Notes: generated from the letters alone by a model not told the origin. A stretch of DNA of 64,000 nt from a bacterium (GCA_963693055.1 OY843751.1:544001-608000); one strand, 5' to 3'. Counted from the stretch's first letter, positions 19,693 through 30,457 are shown. A program made the numbers and translations.

Positions 19693-20486
19693 TATTGATT
19701 TTTATAATAGATAAATTCTACGCTGTCATTGGTGCGTGTGTATTGCTTGAGATCGTCGATGCTTTCAGCCTGGTTGCAAACAAAGTAAAAAGAATCTCCT
19801 ATTCTCATCCCCACAAGCTCGCCACCATAAACAGATTTGATCCTTTGCAGTTCAGATACAAGCTTTGCATCCATAACAAAAGTAACATGGTATTCATACG
19901 CAAAACCATCTGTAGAGGCGTTTTCTTTTGTAATCTTTACTAAATGTGCATTCATTCTTGCCTGTTGGGGAATTTCTGCAGGCCATTGGTCTTGTTGCGA
20001 GTTTGATCCTGAATTTAATTCTGCAAAGTTGAAGGATCTAAATAATTGAATTGCTGCATTCTTTTCAAGCATGGGGGAGGCCATTACAACAATACTGGAA
20101 AATAGTTCAGGCATTTGCACACACATCATTGAATATGAATGCTTTGCATCCATTGCAAAATATACAGACTTTAGACCGTTCAGATCGAATTCTGTTTCAT
20201 TTTTTGATGCTGCCATCATTTTGTATTGCGAGAAATCTGAAATGGCATTAAAACTGATTTTAAAACCCGATTTTTGATTTTTTCTGTATTCTGCATTATA
20301 TACTACTGTTTCATTAAATTCAGCTTCTCCTTCTTTACTTGCCTGAATAAAAGAGTATCCTGGTAATGCTTGCTTTTTTGCCCATTTTTCAAAAGCAGTA
20401 AATAAAGTTTTGTCTGTAAAGTTGGCACCAATTGCTACACTCGTAATCGCAAAGAATAAAACGGACATTGTTATTCTTTTAACCAT
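19692..20486 (-). CDS. Hypothetical exported protein
   Basis: Signal-peptide-like N-terminus, GGAG RBS; no recognised motif. Confidence 0.6.
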   Translation of the reverse strand: MVKRITMSVLFFAITSVAIGANFTDKTLFTAFEKWAKKQALPGYSFIQASKEGEAEFNETVVYNAEYRKNQKSGFKISFNAISDFSQYKMMAASKNETEFDLNGLKSVYFAMDAKHSYSMMCVQMPELFSSIVVMASPMLEKNAAIQLFRSFNFAELNSGSNSQQDQWPAEIPQQARMNAHLVKITKENASTDGFAYEYHVTFVMDAKLVSELQRIKSVYGGELVGMRIGDSFYFVCNQAESIDDLKQYTRTNDSVEFIYYKNQ

Positions 20487-20610
20487 AGTCGACTCCAAAT
20501 TTTGAAATTGTAATATTTTGAATGATTAAAGATATGCATTTATGAATATAAATTCAACTCGGTAGGTATTTTTTTTATTATTTTTAAAAGAATTTATCAC
20601 TAATGTTTTT

Positions 20611-21159
20611 TTACATCCACCAATTATCTTCTCCCTTGATTAATATCAGCTTGTCGTTTTTTAGATTATATTCAAAGGTTATTGTGGGGATGTATTGCCA
20701 TTTTGTAAAAATTGCGTCATCAATATGTTCTGGTAACTCGTCTTCATTGCCCTCAAAATCTAGTGTGAGCACATGTCGATTCTCATCCAATGTGATTTCC
20801 GGTGTGGATGGATGTGGAATGTTCCGGGATTCGGTAATTTTATTATTTCTGTGAACGGTTATAAAAACATAGCTGCTGGCAAAAACACCAGTGCCCATGG
20901 ATAGTTGAGAAATAAGCAGTACGTGTTTTCCACCATATGAAAATCGGTTATTTATATAAAAGCTGTCCCCACCGGTCAATTGATAGACGGTGTCTTGATC
21001 TACTGTAAGAAAATAATCCGTTTGTATACGCTCGTCTGCTTTTACAATTTGAATGTCTTTGGGGTGTTGCGGTATTGTGTTTTTCAATGCAAAAGTAAAG
21101 ATGAAAAGACCTGTAATGGTTCCCAGTACAATTGTTAGTATTACAGATACTTTTGACAT
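20611..21159 (-). CDS. Hypothetical N-terminally membrane-anchored protein
   Basis: Single hydrophobic N-terminal helix followed by a soluble domain. Confidence 0.5.
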   Translation of the reverse strand: MSKVSVILTIVLGTITGLFIFTFALKNTIPQHPKDIQIVKADERIQTDYFLTVDQDTVYQLTGGDSFYINNRFSYGGKHVLLISQLSMGTGVFASSYVFITVHRNNKITESRNIPHPSTPEITLDENRHVLTLDFEGNEDELPEHIDDAIFTKWQYIPTITFEYNLKNDKLILIKGEDNWWM

Positions 21160-21229
21160 TAAAATCCATCCTTGAAAAAGTCCTGAAATATGATTAATAT
21201 ACAAAATTATTTTTGAATTAAAAGGTATT

Positions 21230-23155
21230 ATGAAGACGTTTATATATATAATTATTCTGTTAGTAATTGCTATATCAATCAGTATAATTTATGATACAAC
21301 AAGGATATTGAACATCCATGTCAGTCCTTCTCGTCCTGCAGAACGAATTGGTGGTGATGCACACGGTATGCTCTGGAAGCTGAAAAACGATCAGCCGGTT
21401 TCCCTTGAAAATGCGAAAAATATCAGGCAATATGTTGACAGCAGATACGATTGTTCGGATTTTCGTCTGCAATCGGTTTTGCGCATGTTGTATGAATATC
21501 CTGATGAACTGGGAAACGAGATTGCAGCAGAGTTTAGATCCATGCTGTTGAATTTTAAATATTGGATGGATGAACAGGGCGACGATGGAATGTGCTACTG
21601 GAGCGAGAACCACCAGATCCTTTTCGCGGCAGCGGAATACCTGGCGGGCCAATTGTATCCCACTGATATTTTTAGTAACAACGGTATGACAGGTGCCGAG
21701 CATATGGAAAAAGCCAGAGAGCGTATTTTGACCTGGCTGGACTATCGCTGGTATTTTGGTTTCACCGAATGGTATTCGAACACCTATTACGTTGAAGATA
21801 TTGCGCCTTTGAGCATTTTAATCGATTTTGCGCAGGATGATGAAATTGCTCAAAAAGCTAAAATCATAATGGACTTGCTGATTTATGATCTGGCATCGCA
21901 GTCGTGGAAAGGTACATTTGTTAGCAGCAGCGGGCGGATGTATGAGAAAGGCAAAAAATCCGGAGAACGTTCATCCATGCGGGCGGTTTCGGAGGCGATT
22001 TTCGGGTATAATACAGATCCGGGGGAGCGCAGGGGAATGGACCTGAATTTTCTCTATATCAACAATTATCAGGTACCGGAGGTTATACGGGCCATTGGTC
22101 GTGATGAAAGCACGGTTATAATCAAGGCCAGCAACGGTCTGGATGTGGATGAACTCGGCAGCCTGGGGCTGATAGGATTGGAAACCCGGCAGATTATGAT
22201 GCAGTGGGGCATGGAGGCTTTTACACATCCAGCAGTATTTGAAAATTCGCTCAATTATGTCCGCGAAAACGAAATGTTCAGTAACGAGTTTTTATATGAA
22301 ATGAAATATCTTGATTATCGGCTTTTACGATTACTGAAACCCTATAAACTGATCAATGCAATGACCTCACCCCAAACCAACGGCACCGCCATACAACGCT
22401 CCAATTGTTATACTTATAAAACGCCGTATTACAGTATGTACACCGCGCAAGACTATCATCCCGGTGAGTATGGAGATCAGCATCATGTGTTTGGTGTGAA
22501 TCTGGATAATTCTCTATCCGTGTTCCATACGCATCCGGCATTGCTTGCGGGTGAGAAACATCCCAGGGGCAATTCTCCCACTTATTGGGTAGGAAACGGA
22601 CACCTGCCGCATTCGGTTCAGGAAGAGAATATTAATCTTTCTATTTATAAATTGCCTGAAAATAAAGCACCATTAGAGTATAGACTGATAGATTTTACCC
22701 ATTTGTATTTTCCAATAGATCGGTTTGATCAGGTGATTGTGGACAGTAATTACGTGTTTGGCAGATATGGGGATACTTTTCTAGTATTTATTGGAAAGAA
22801 CAAGCTGGAATACAATGAACCGGAAAAGGATTTCATTCAGCACGGAAAACTTACCTACTGGATTTGTGAAATGGGTGATGCAGAAACAGAGACTTTTGAT
22901 GTATTTGTCAAACGGATAAAGGGGAATCCTGTAATATGGGTGAACGATCTGCTCAGCTACCAATCCAATGGCAAAACCGTGTCAGTTCAGTGGCAGCGGG
23001 ATTTTATGATCAACAGTGAGGATGTTTATGTCGATTATCCCCGTTTTGATGCACCCTGGACATACACAGAACGAGATCCGCAAGAAATACGATTTGAGCA
23101 CAAGGGACATACATTGTATCTCAATTTTAATAAAGGCATACGAGAATTTAATTAA
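21230..23155 (+). CDS. Conserved hypothetical exported protein, possible heparinase II/III-like (alpha-toroid + beta-sandwich) fold
   Basis: 641 aa with N-terminal anchor; RYDCSDF, YWSENHQIL, GFTEWYSNTYY; fold is inference only. Confidence 0.55.
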   Translation: MKTFIYIIILLVIAISISIIYDTTRILNIHVSPSRPAERIGGDAHGMLWKLKNDQPVSLENAKNIRQYVDSRYDCSDFRLQSVLRMLYEYPDELGNEIAAEFRSMLLNFKYWMDEQGDDGMCYWSENHQILFAAAEYLAGQLYPTDIFSNNGMTGAEHMEKARERILTWLDYRWYFGFTEWYSNTYYVEDIAPLSILIDFAQDDEIAQKAKIIMDLLIYDLASQSWKGTFVSSSGRMYEKGKKSGERSSMRAVSEAIFGYNTDPGERRGMDLNFLYINNYQVPEVIRAIGRDESTVIIKASNGLDVDELGSLGLIGLETRQIMMQWGMEAFTHPAVFENSLNYVRENEMFSNEFLYEMKYLDYRLLRLLKPYKLINAMTSPQTNGTAIQRSNCYTYKTPYYSMYTAQDYHPGEYGDQHHVFGVNLDNSLSVFHTHPALLAGEKHPRGNSPTYWVGNGHLPHSVQEENINLSIYKLPENKAPLEYRLIDFTHLYFPIDRFDQVIVDSNYVFGRYGDTFLVFIGKNKLEYNEPEKDFIQHGKLTYWICEMGDAETETFDVFVKRIKGNPVIWVNDLLSYQSNGKTVSVQWQRDFMINSEDVYVDYPRFDAPWTYTERDPQEIRFEHKGHTLYLNFNKGIREFN

Positions 23156-23164
23156 GGAACTGAA

Positions 23165-23374
23165 ATGGAAATAGATAATAAAGACGGTAGAATACGCGAA
23201 AATTTGAAACCCGGATTACGGGTAAATATTGTATTAAAAAAAGACCAGCGCACCGGAAAACTCACCGAAGGGGTGATCAAGGATCTGCTCACCAAAGTCC
23301 CGCGTCATCATCGCGGTATCAAAGTCCGCTTGGAAAACGGCGACATTGGCCGGGTGCAGGAGATATTGGAATAA
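23165..23374 (+). CDS. YwbE family (DUF2196) protein
   Basis: KKDQRTGKLTEG..LLT..HHRGIKVRL..G.IGRVQ. Confidence 0.88.
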   Translation: MEIDNKDGRIRENLKPGLRVNIVLKKDQRTGKLTEGVIKDLLTKVPRHHRGIKVRLENGDIGRVQEILE

Positions 23375-23392
23375 TGGGGGTTAGTAACCCCT

Positions 23393-23746
23393 TTATTTAT
23401 ATTTGATGTATGATGCTTTAATTTGCCTTTTCTCTATATCCCCTCCATCGTCTGTACTGGATGAGGTAAAAGTACTGATGTCTTTAATAATAATTGCATC
23501 CGCTCCTTTTTCTCGCGCTTCTTTGATCAGGTTGTTTTGAATATCATCGTTTGATGTTAAAAATGCACCGCTGCTTGTTGCATGACCTATGACAGTGTAT
23601 GCATTTTGAATATCATGTTCAGAGTAAAAAACATCAATGTCTGTTGTGGGGCTGTAAGACTGCCCCACATAATGAACCCTGGCGCAACCATTCAAAAAAA
23701 GCAGGAAACTAATTATCCCCATTATCGTAAGATTCTGATTTTTCAT
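23393..23746 (-). CDS. Lipoprotein, YbjQ-like fold
   Basis: Lipobox LNGC; LIKEAREKGADAIII. Confidence 0.65.
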   Translation of the reverse strand: MKNQNLTIMGIISFLLFLNGCARVHYVGQSYSPTTDIDVFYSEHDIQNAYTVIGHATSSGAFLTSNDDIQNNLIKEAREKGADAIIIKDISTFTSSSTDDGGDIEKRQIKASYIKYK

Positions 23747-23965
23747 TTTTCCTCCCTTGTTTATTATTTGATGGATTTTGATGCTATTTTGTTTACATAG
23801 CTTGAGGTTTTAGCGTAAAAAAAAAGAAAAAATATATGTCTATTAATTACTTGGTTGTATTTAGATTATTACTTATATTCTTTCAGGGACCAGGCGCTTG
23901 ATGGTTGCTTTTCTTATTTAATCCAATCACATTGCAGTAAAAATTTAGAAAACAGGACGCATGAA

Positions 23966-25699
23966 ATGAATACGTTTAAAGGTATTTCATATTTGCTGCT
24001 GCTGTTATTATTTGTATTGGCGGGGTGCGACAGCCCTGTGCAGACAGAGCAGAAACTGGGCAGTTGGTACAATGACGAAAATGTGGTAAGTGGAGTGGGG
24101 GATATACTTGACATTGCCTGTTCCCCGGTTGACGAAAGTATTGTGTTCTCTCGCAGACAAGTGTTGATGAATCTCGTAGGTTTTGACTTTCAGGGAAACG
24201 CTCAGGATACTTTATATAAAGTCCCTTCAAGCCAGTACGAAAGTATTCGATTTTGCAAGGTGTCATCTGCCAATAAAATGGCTGTTCTGTACGAGGATGG
24301 TATCTTAAGAATTACTGATTTGAATACCCAATCGACTTCCAATTCATATTGGGGTGGTACAAACATCTATGCAATTAAATGGTCGCTTGATGGTCAAAAA
24401 CTGTATTTGCTGAATAACTTGGATTATGATTTGTACCATATCATTGTTCTGGATGATCAGGGTAACAAAATCGCTGAAACTGAAGTTCAGGGATTGAGAC
24501 TATATCATGATTTTAGTATTAGTCCCGATGGAAGCATTATGTTAACGTATGCATATATATATGAAAATAGCAATGATACCCGGGGTATTTATAAAATTAA
24601 TGTTGAAACCGGTGAATATGAATTATTTATTAAATCATCATACACTAATACACCTGCCATTTCACCTGAGGGTGAACGGTTAGCCTATCTGGCTGTCAAT
24701 GACTCAACACGCATCCGGTCACTTGTCCTGGCGGATAAAGATGGAAATACCATAGAAACCGTAGTGGACACGCTGGGTAGTATTGTTCATTTAGAATTCA
24801 CTCTCGATGGCAAGAAACTTTTGTTTTTAGGACAGCCCCACAGTTCAGTGACTGGTTTTGAAAGGGGCTGGTATGCCTATGATTTTGATTCCAAAGCATT
24901 ATCTTTTTTAAATCTTGATTTTAATGATCATTACTTTGCCGGATTCGGTCAGGATGGAGAAACATTATTGAAATATTATTATGGCGAAATATATAATATT
25001 TGCACAGTTGATCAGGATTCTAGCGTGGTGAGCGTGACTGATTTTACCGAGTATGAACAAGATGATCCTGTATATACACCGGATGGCAGTGAAATTTTGT
25101 TTGTTTACAGATCAGATTTTTATAAAGTACCGGTTACCGGGGGAGAATGGACACCTTTTTTGCATGATGCACAGACTTTTATTGATTCCAAGTATAATCC
25201 TGTTATATCTCCGGATGGTCATTATCTTGCATTTGAATACCAGTATGGAACAATTATTTATGACCTTGAGCGGAACCAGTCCTTGGATTCTATTGAGGAG
25301 GGTAAAAATCCTACCTGGAGTCCGAATAGTGATGAAATTGCCTGTGTGGTTAAGGCTGATTCCTATTATTCAGAGAATGAGGTAGACCAGGTGGTGATTT
25401 GTCATTTGTGGGAGGATGGTCTTGGTCAAAAAAGAAAATATGATGTCGGAGAAATTTATGATATTGACTGGATCAATGCCACCAGCAGCTTTCCCTATGA
25501 GATCCTGATCAGTTGTGGTTGGCGGGAAAATTATGGCTATGAACTCAAAATTCTGGATGAATGGACAGGAGACACTGAAAGGTTGATGAACACGACTTAT
25601 GGCCCCCTAGAGGCCAGGTGGTCTGCTATAAACCAGGATGTGGTTTTTAAAAGAGGTAATTATACCATTGAACGACGCAGAATTTTGGAGGATTTTTAG
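23966..25699 (+). CDS. TolB-like beta-propeller lipoprotein
   Basis: Lipobox LAGC; repeated PD40-like motifs WSLDG, ISPDG, ISPEG, YTPDG, WSPNS. Confidence 0.8.
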   Translation: MNTFKGISYLLLLLLFVLAGCDSPVQTEQKLGSWYNDENVVSGVGDILDIACSPVDESIVFSRRQVLMNLVGFDFQGNAQDTLYKVPSSQYESIRFCKVSSANKMAVLYEDGILRITDLNTQSTSNSYWGGTNIYAIKWSLDGQKLYLLNNLDYDLYHIIVLDDQGNKIAETEVQGLRLYHDFSISPDGSIMLTYAYIYENSNDTRGIYKINVETGEYELFIKSSYTNTPAISPEGERLAYLAVNDSTRIRSLVLADKDGNTIETVVDTLGSIVHLEFTLDGKKLLFLGQPHSSVTGFERGWYAYDFDSKALSFLNLDFNDHYFAGFGQDGETLLKYYYGEIYNICTVDQDSSVVSVTDFTEYEQDDPVYTPDGSEILFVYRSDFYKVPVTGGEWTPFLHDAQTFIDSKYNPVISPDGHYLAFEYQYGTIIYDLERNQSLDSIEEGKNPTWSPNSDEIACVVKADSYYSENEVDQVVICHLWEDGLGQKRKYDVGEIYDIDWINATSSFPYEILISCGWRENYGYELKILDEWTGDTERLMNTTYGPLEARWSAINQDVVFKRGNYTIERRRILEDF

Positions 25700-25700
25700 G

Positions 25701-28034
25701 GTGAATACATTCAAAATGAAGAACATGATCGCATGGATTGTTGTGTCGTTGATGGTATTGGCAGGATTCAGCTCCGGTTTTGCTGCTGTGCGCGGACTGG
25801 TGCTGGATGAAGATACCAAAAAACCTCTCGAACTTGTAAATATCAAGATATTGGATACAACATCAGGTACTTCTACTGACACTGACGGTTATTTTAAACT
25901 GGTCAATATACCAGCCAAATCTTTTGATATTGAAATTACCTGCATTGGTTACAAAGATCGCATCATTGAACATATTGATCCTGATAAAGATGTGTTTCTG
26001 GATATCTTTTTAAAACCGGATGTGATCAGCATGCAGGGAGTACAGATCGATGGTGACAAGTTTGATCCGCGGTACCGAACGGAATTGTCCCGTACGGACA
26101 TGATGACCTTGAAGGCCCGCGAGGTTTACAAAACTGCTGGCGCACTTGACGATATATCCCGTGCTGTGCAAATGCAGGGCAGTGTGGTCCCAGGTGGAGA
26201 TTATACCAGTTTTTACGCGGTACGTGGTGGATCACCGGACCAAAACATAGTTATGATGGATGGCATCCTGTTTCCCAATCCCTATCGTTTGCGCATGATT
26301 ATGGGCGGTGGATTGAGCGTGTTTAATCCGCATACGGTTTCTGATGTGAATCTGCAAGTGGGACATTTTTCAGCGGAATATGGAGATTTTATGTCCTCAG
26401 TATTGGGTGTGGAAAGCCGTTCCGGCAGGAGAGACCGATTCGGTTTTGGTGGAAACATAAATGCAATCAATACCAATCTGTATTTTGAAGGACCCATTTC
26501 ACATACTAATGGCAGTTGGCTGGTTACAGGCAGACGCAGTTATTTTGATCTGATAGCAGACCAGATTGATGACACCCAGGATACGTATCCCCAAACCTGG
26601 GATTATACCGCCAAACTTGTTTTCCCCGTTAATGCCCGCAACAAGTTTGAGATAAAGTCATTGTCCAGTCATGAAGAAATGTACATGAACTCGGAAGAGT
26701 ACAAGAATATAGAATTCAAAGAAAGCGCGGATATTGATCTGTTTGCGCTTACCTATAAAGGACTCTGGACAGATAAAATATATGAAACCATCCATGTAGC
26801 CTATTATGATGAAGCGTTTAATTATAATATCAACAAGCCCACCCGATGGGATTCAACAGATGCAAACTACAAGTCTAAAATCAAGAATTTTATGATCAAA
26901 GAGGATGTGTCCATAGAGTTGGCGGAAAATCATTGGATTAGCCGCGGATTTTATTATTCCATTATGGAATCTGACATGGGTTATAGTGACAATGTAAATG
27001 AGATCGCGTTTTCCAGACGCACCATGCCGCCTACTATTGACTATGACAGATCTCACAACCAGTTAGCCGCGTATGTGGATTATTCGGCACGCTGGTTTGA
27101 TCGTCTCGAAACCCGGGCCGGGGTGCGTTACGACTATTCATCCCTGGTGGAAAAGGGCCATACCAGTCCACGTATTTCCATGTTGTATCGATTATCAAAA
27201 AATGTGAGTATAAACGGATTTTGGGGCTTGTGTTACCAGTACCCCAATGTAATGTCCATCTTTAACCGGGACTGGCCCCTGGCTCTGGACAAAGTGGAGC
27301 AAGAGTTGGAGGCTGAACGCGCGGAACATCTGGTGCTGGGTATGAAAATGAATATCCTGGATTATTTCACAGCCCAGGTTGATGGCTATGTCAAAGCGTA
27401 TGATGATTTATTGTTACCCATGGATTTTGAACAATTTATCCCAGAAAACAGCGGTGAAGGTTATTCTGCAGGTATGGAGGTTTCGCTGCAAACCCGATCC
27501 CGTCCCACAGATCGGTTTAGCGCTATGATCAGTTATTCCTTGAGTGAGTCCCGATATCGAATTAAAGAAGAATATGAACGATGGGAGAGTAAATTTCGCA
27601 CATTTAGATGGATACCCTACAATTATGACCGGCTGCACAGTTTGACCGCCATTGGAAATGTCAAATTAACTAAAAAACTATCGGCAAGCGCAACTTGGCG
27701 ATATGGCAGCGGATTACCCTATTTTGAGATACATCAATTCAGAGATGTAAGCGGATTGCATAACAGTTTTGTAAAAGAATTTGATAATATTGAACGACTG
27801 CCTGCTTATATGCGGTTGGATATACGTGTGAATTATCTGTTCGAGTGGCTGGGAATGGATTGTTCCGGCTATATTGATCTCACCAATGTTCTAAACCGGA
27901 AAAATATTTACGATGTGTTATGGTACACCGATGATGATAATGTTACATATGACGGATATCAGAAAAGTATCTTCCGTCGCAACATTTACATGATGCCGTT
28001 TGTACCCTCTGTTGGTATCAGTTTTCGTTACTGA
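25701..28034 (+). CDS. TonB-dependent receptor with carboxypeptidase-like N-domain
   Basis: GGAGG then GTG 25701; TDTDGYF; VRGGSPDQN..DGI; FSAEYG..MSSV; C-terminal PSVGISFRY. Confidence 0.88.
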   Translation: MNTFKMKNMIAWIVVSLMVLAGFSSGFAAVRGLVLDEDTKKPLELVNIKILDTTSGTSTDTDGYFKLVNIPAKSFDIEITCIGYKDRIIEHIDPDKDVFLDIFLKPDVISMQGVQIDGDKFDPRYRTELSRTDMMTLKAREVYKTAGALDDISRAVQMQGSVVPGGDYTSFYAVRGGSPDQNIVMMDGILFPNPYRLRMIMGGGLSVFNPHTVSDVNLQVGHFSAEYGDFMSSVLGVESRSGRRDRFGFGGNINAINTNLYFEGPISHTNGSWLVTGRRSYFDLIADQIDDTQDTYPQTWDYTAKLVFPVNARNKFEIKSLSSHEEMYMNSEEYKNIEFKESADIDLFALTYKGLWTDKIYETIHVAYYDEAFNYNINKPTRWDSTDANYKSKIKNFMIKEDVSIELAENHWISRGFYYSIMESDMGYSDNVNEIAFSRRTMPPTIDYDRSHNQLAAYVDYSARWFDRLETRAGVRYDYSSLVEKGHTSPRISMLYRLSKNVSINGFWGLCYQYPNVMSIFNRDWPLALDKVEQELEAERAEHLVLGMKMNILDYFTAQVDGYVKAYDDLLLPMDFEQFIPENSGEGYSAGMEVSLQTRSRPTDRFSAMISYSLSESRYRIKEEYERWESKFRTFRWIPYNYDRLHSLTAIGNVKLTKKLSASATWRYGSGLPYFEIHQFRDVSGLHNSFVKEFDNIERLPAYMRLDIRVNYLFEWLGMDCSGYIDLTNVLNRKNIYDVLWYTDDDNVTYDGYQKSIFRRNIYMMPFVPSVGISFRY

Positions 28035-28651
28035 TCTGCGGCCATTTCCTGCAGTTTGCCAATAACATAATCTTTGGTATCGTGCACCAGTTGCGGTAAT
28101 GTACCGCCAAACATGTCTGCTACTTCAGCATAGGCCTTTCGGATGTTGCTTTCCGCGTTTTCAAGGTAAGCAGCGTCCAGGTTTTCTGCGCCTTCCGGAA
28201 TCCAGATGTCCAGAATTCGAGCGCCGGTATTTTCAGCGTTGAAATAGTCGGGTACAATACCCATCTGGACTTTTTTCCAGTCCTCAGGATTCTCAGTAAA
28301 ATAGGCTTCAACACCAAAAGGATCGCTGGTGACTTTGTCTTTTTCGTAAAGCTGATCATAAGATTTGGCATACCCTTCCTGCAATAGCGCATAGGTTTGT
28401 CTCCAAATCTCTTTCCTGATACTTTCCCGATTCACAATGTCGTTAGAATCTTCTTCTGCAATCGCTGTGTCGGTTTCTGTAGATGTATTGACCTCTCCTT
28501 TTTGATTGTAAAAGGAGAAAAGACGTTCATTCATCATACGAGTAAAATCAAGCTTTTCTTCGGACTGTTCAGCCCCTTTTTCTTTAACTTTTTTTGTGTC
28601 GGTCAGCCTTGCTACGGGATCCGAATACGGATTAACCGGTGAAATCTGCAT
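28028..28651 (-). CDS. Hypothetical protein (DUF5610-like), sigma28-associated
   Basis: GGAGGTG RBS; DYFNAENTGARILD..AYAEVA..FGG.LP; sigma28-type promoter upstream. Confidence 0.55.
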   Translation of the reverse strand: MQISPVNPYSDPVARLTDTKKVKEKGAEQSEEKLDFTRMMNERLFSFYNQKGEVNTSTETDTAIAEEDSNDIVNRESIRKEIWRQTYALLQEGYAKSYDQLYEKDKVTSDPFGVEAYFTENPEDWKKVQMGIVPDYFNAENTGARILDIWIPEGAENLDAAYLENAESNIRKAYAEVADMFGGTLPQLVHDTKDYVIGKLQEMAADQ

Positions 28652-28715
28652 AACACCTCCACCCATTCAAATACATATATAAATATACAAATACCATGGT
28701 TTACTACTGTTAATA

Positions 28716-28742
28716 GTATCGGCAGGATGTTATGAATCTTGA
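28716..28742 (-). promoter_or_regulatory. Sigma28 (FliA)-type promoter
   Basis: Minus strand TCAAG-N14-GCCGATAC. Confidence 0.7.
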
Positions 28743-28747
28743 ATGAA

Positions 28748-28775
28748 AAGCCGGAAAATTTATTTTTTCCGGCTT
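28748..28775. terminator. Hairpin terminator after PHP gene
   Basis: AAGCCGGAAAA-loop-TTTTCCGGCTT. Confidence 0.7.
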
Positions 28776-28786
28776 ATTTTTTTAAT

Positions 28787-29911
28787 TTATTGAAAGTGTA
28801 TTGATGGTTGAATGGATGTGGATAAAGGTGTATCAGGTGATGTTTTCAGGTTTTTAATAGAATAGGTAAGAGTGATAATTTTATCTCCCTTTAAATTCTC
28901 GGATTTGGCCCGAATAACTATTGGGGTGATTGTATGTGGTTCTAGCACAACCGTTTCAGTAAACTCTATCTCATCTGAATTATTGTTCGCTTTAAGCTGA
29001 AATTCAATATCAGAATTGTTTTGGATATACAAAGCTTTCCTTTCTTTCCCTTTTAAAACAATGTTCGTGTTTTCAATCATTATTGCATTATTGAACAGTG
29101 GTTCTAAATATTCTTTTTTGCCCATTATTACTTTATCAAACCATACTGCAGTTCTACCTGCTTTGAGTGCTTTGTGAATGCTTTCAGCCGTTCTCTCTTT
29201 TGCAAATACAAGTGTCATAGGACGATGACTACCAGTTTGCACTGGATATTCAAGAGATACCAGGCTGTGAATGTCGGTATTTCCCAGCATTGTGAGGTTT
29301 TTATCAATTGCCCACTGAAAGGCGAGTGGATAATATTCAGATTCATTAACAATTTCTATTCCATGCATCCAGCCATTTTCAAAAATTTCGGTATGTTCGT
29401 CATACCAGATTGGAATTGTATTGGGCTGCCGCCAACCGGGGTGGTTCCAGAAGACAAATGCGCCCTGGTCTATTGCTGCTTTAATGGCATCCTGCCATTT
29501 TTTAACATCAAGTTTATCAATATCATCTACAAAAAGGGCATTAAAGTGTCCTGGCGGCATATGACGTGTAATTTCTGCACCTTTTATTAGGATAATATTG
29601 AGTGATTTTGCTCGGTCTTTGGCAATTTCGTAGGGACGGTTGTGGTTTTTTGGTAAATCCTCTTTATGGACCTGGTACTCAATATGATCTGTTATGGCAA
29701 TGGCATCTAATCCCTCTGCCCAGGCTTCATCTACGCGAGCGGTTGGCCACACATCTCCATCTGAAAATACAGTATGCGTGTGCAAATCGCATTTCAATGT
29801 TTGATATCCAGGTATGTTGGGTATCTGGATAATATCTCGTGAACGAGCAAAAAGTATTGTATGTAACATGAAAATGCAGAAAACAACAGCAAACAAAGAA
29901 CGAGATTTCAT
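28787..29911 (-). CDS. Secreted PHP-domain phosphoesterase
   Basis: Signal peptide; CDLHTHTVFSDG, ITDH, GHFNA, NHPGW, NTDIH. Confidence 0.85.
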   Translation of the reverse strand: MKSRSLFAVVFCIFMLHTILFARSRDIIQIPNIPGYQTLKCDLHTHTVFSDGDVWPTARVDEAWAEGLDAIAITDHIEYQVHKEDLPKNHNRPYEIAKDRAKSLNIILIKGAEITRHMPPGHFNALFVDDIDKLDVKKWQDAIKAAIDQGAFVFWNHPGWRQPNTIPIWYDEHTEIFENGWMHGIEIVNESEYYPLAFQWAIDKNLTMLGNTDIHSLVSLEYPVQTGSHRPMTLVFAKERTAESIHKALKAGRTAVWFDKVIMGKKEYLEPLFNNAIMIENTNIVLKGKERKALYIQNNSDIEFQLKANNNSDEIEFTETVVLEPHTITPIVIRAKSENLKGDKIITLTYSIKNLKTSPDTPLSTSIQPSIHFQ

Positions 29912-30004
29912 CTGTTCCTCCATTTTGTGATGATTAGTAATTCTTAACTTTATCTACTAATGGTATTATTAGTTTTATTTTAGAGAATGATTAATAAATG
30001 ATTA

Positions 30005-30457
30005 TTATTGATTATCTTTCTTTGACAAGTAATTTATGATCTGGTGTAATTTATCTTTGAGCGCTTTCATGTCATCTATTGATAGGGGGGAATTCATTAA
30101 ATCCTGAACAAGTTTTTCCGGTACTTTTGCTGCCTTGAGACGCATTAAACGTCCTTTATCAGTAAGGGAAATAATAACTTTACGTTCGTCTCTGGAAGAG
30201 CGTGTTCTGGTTATGAACCCCAAAGTTTCCATGCGTTTAAGCAAAGGGGTTACGGTATTGGTATTAAGGACCAGTTTTTGTGCAATATCATTGACTGTGA
30301 TATTATCAGTTTCCCAAAGGACCATAAAAACAAGGTATTGCGGATAGGTGATTCCCAATTCATCCAAATAAGGCTTATATTCCCGTATAATCAACCGGGA
30401 AGCTGCATATACGGGAAAACAGAGTTGATTTTCCAGTTTTAATTGATCAAAATCCAT
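30005..30457 (-). CDS. ohrR: MarR-family regulator, OhrR-like
   Basis: LENQLCFPVY sensory Cys, LGITYPQYLV, DERKVII; downstream of gpx. Confidence 0.85.
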   Translation of the reverse strand: MDFDQLKLENQLCFPVYAASRLIIREYKPYLDELGITYPQYLVFMVLWETDNITVNDIAQKLVLNTNTVTPLLKRMETLGFITRTRSSRDERKVIISLTDKGRLMRLKAAKVPEKLVQDLMNSPLSIDDMKALKDKLHQIINYLSKKDNQ

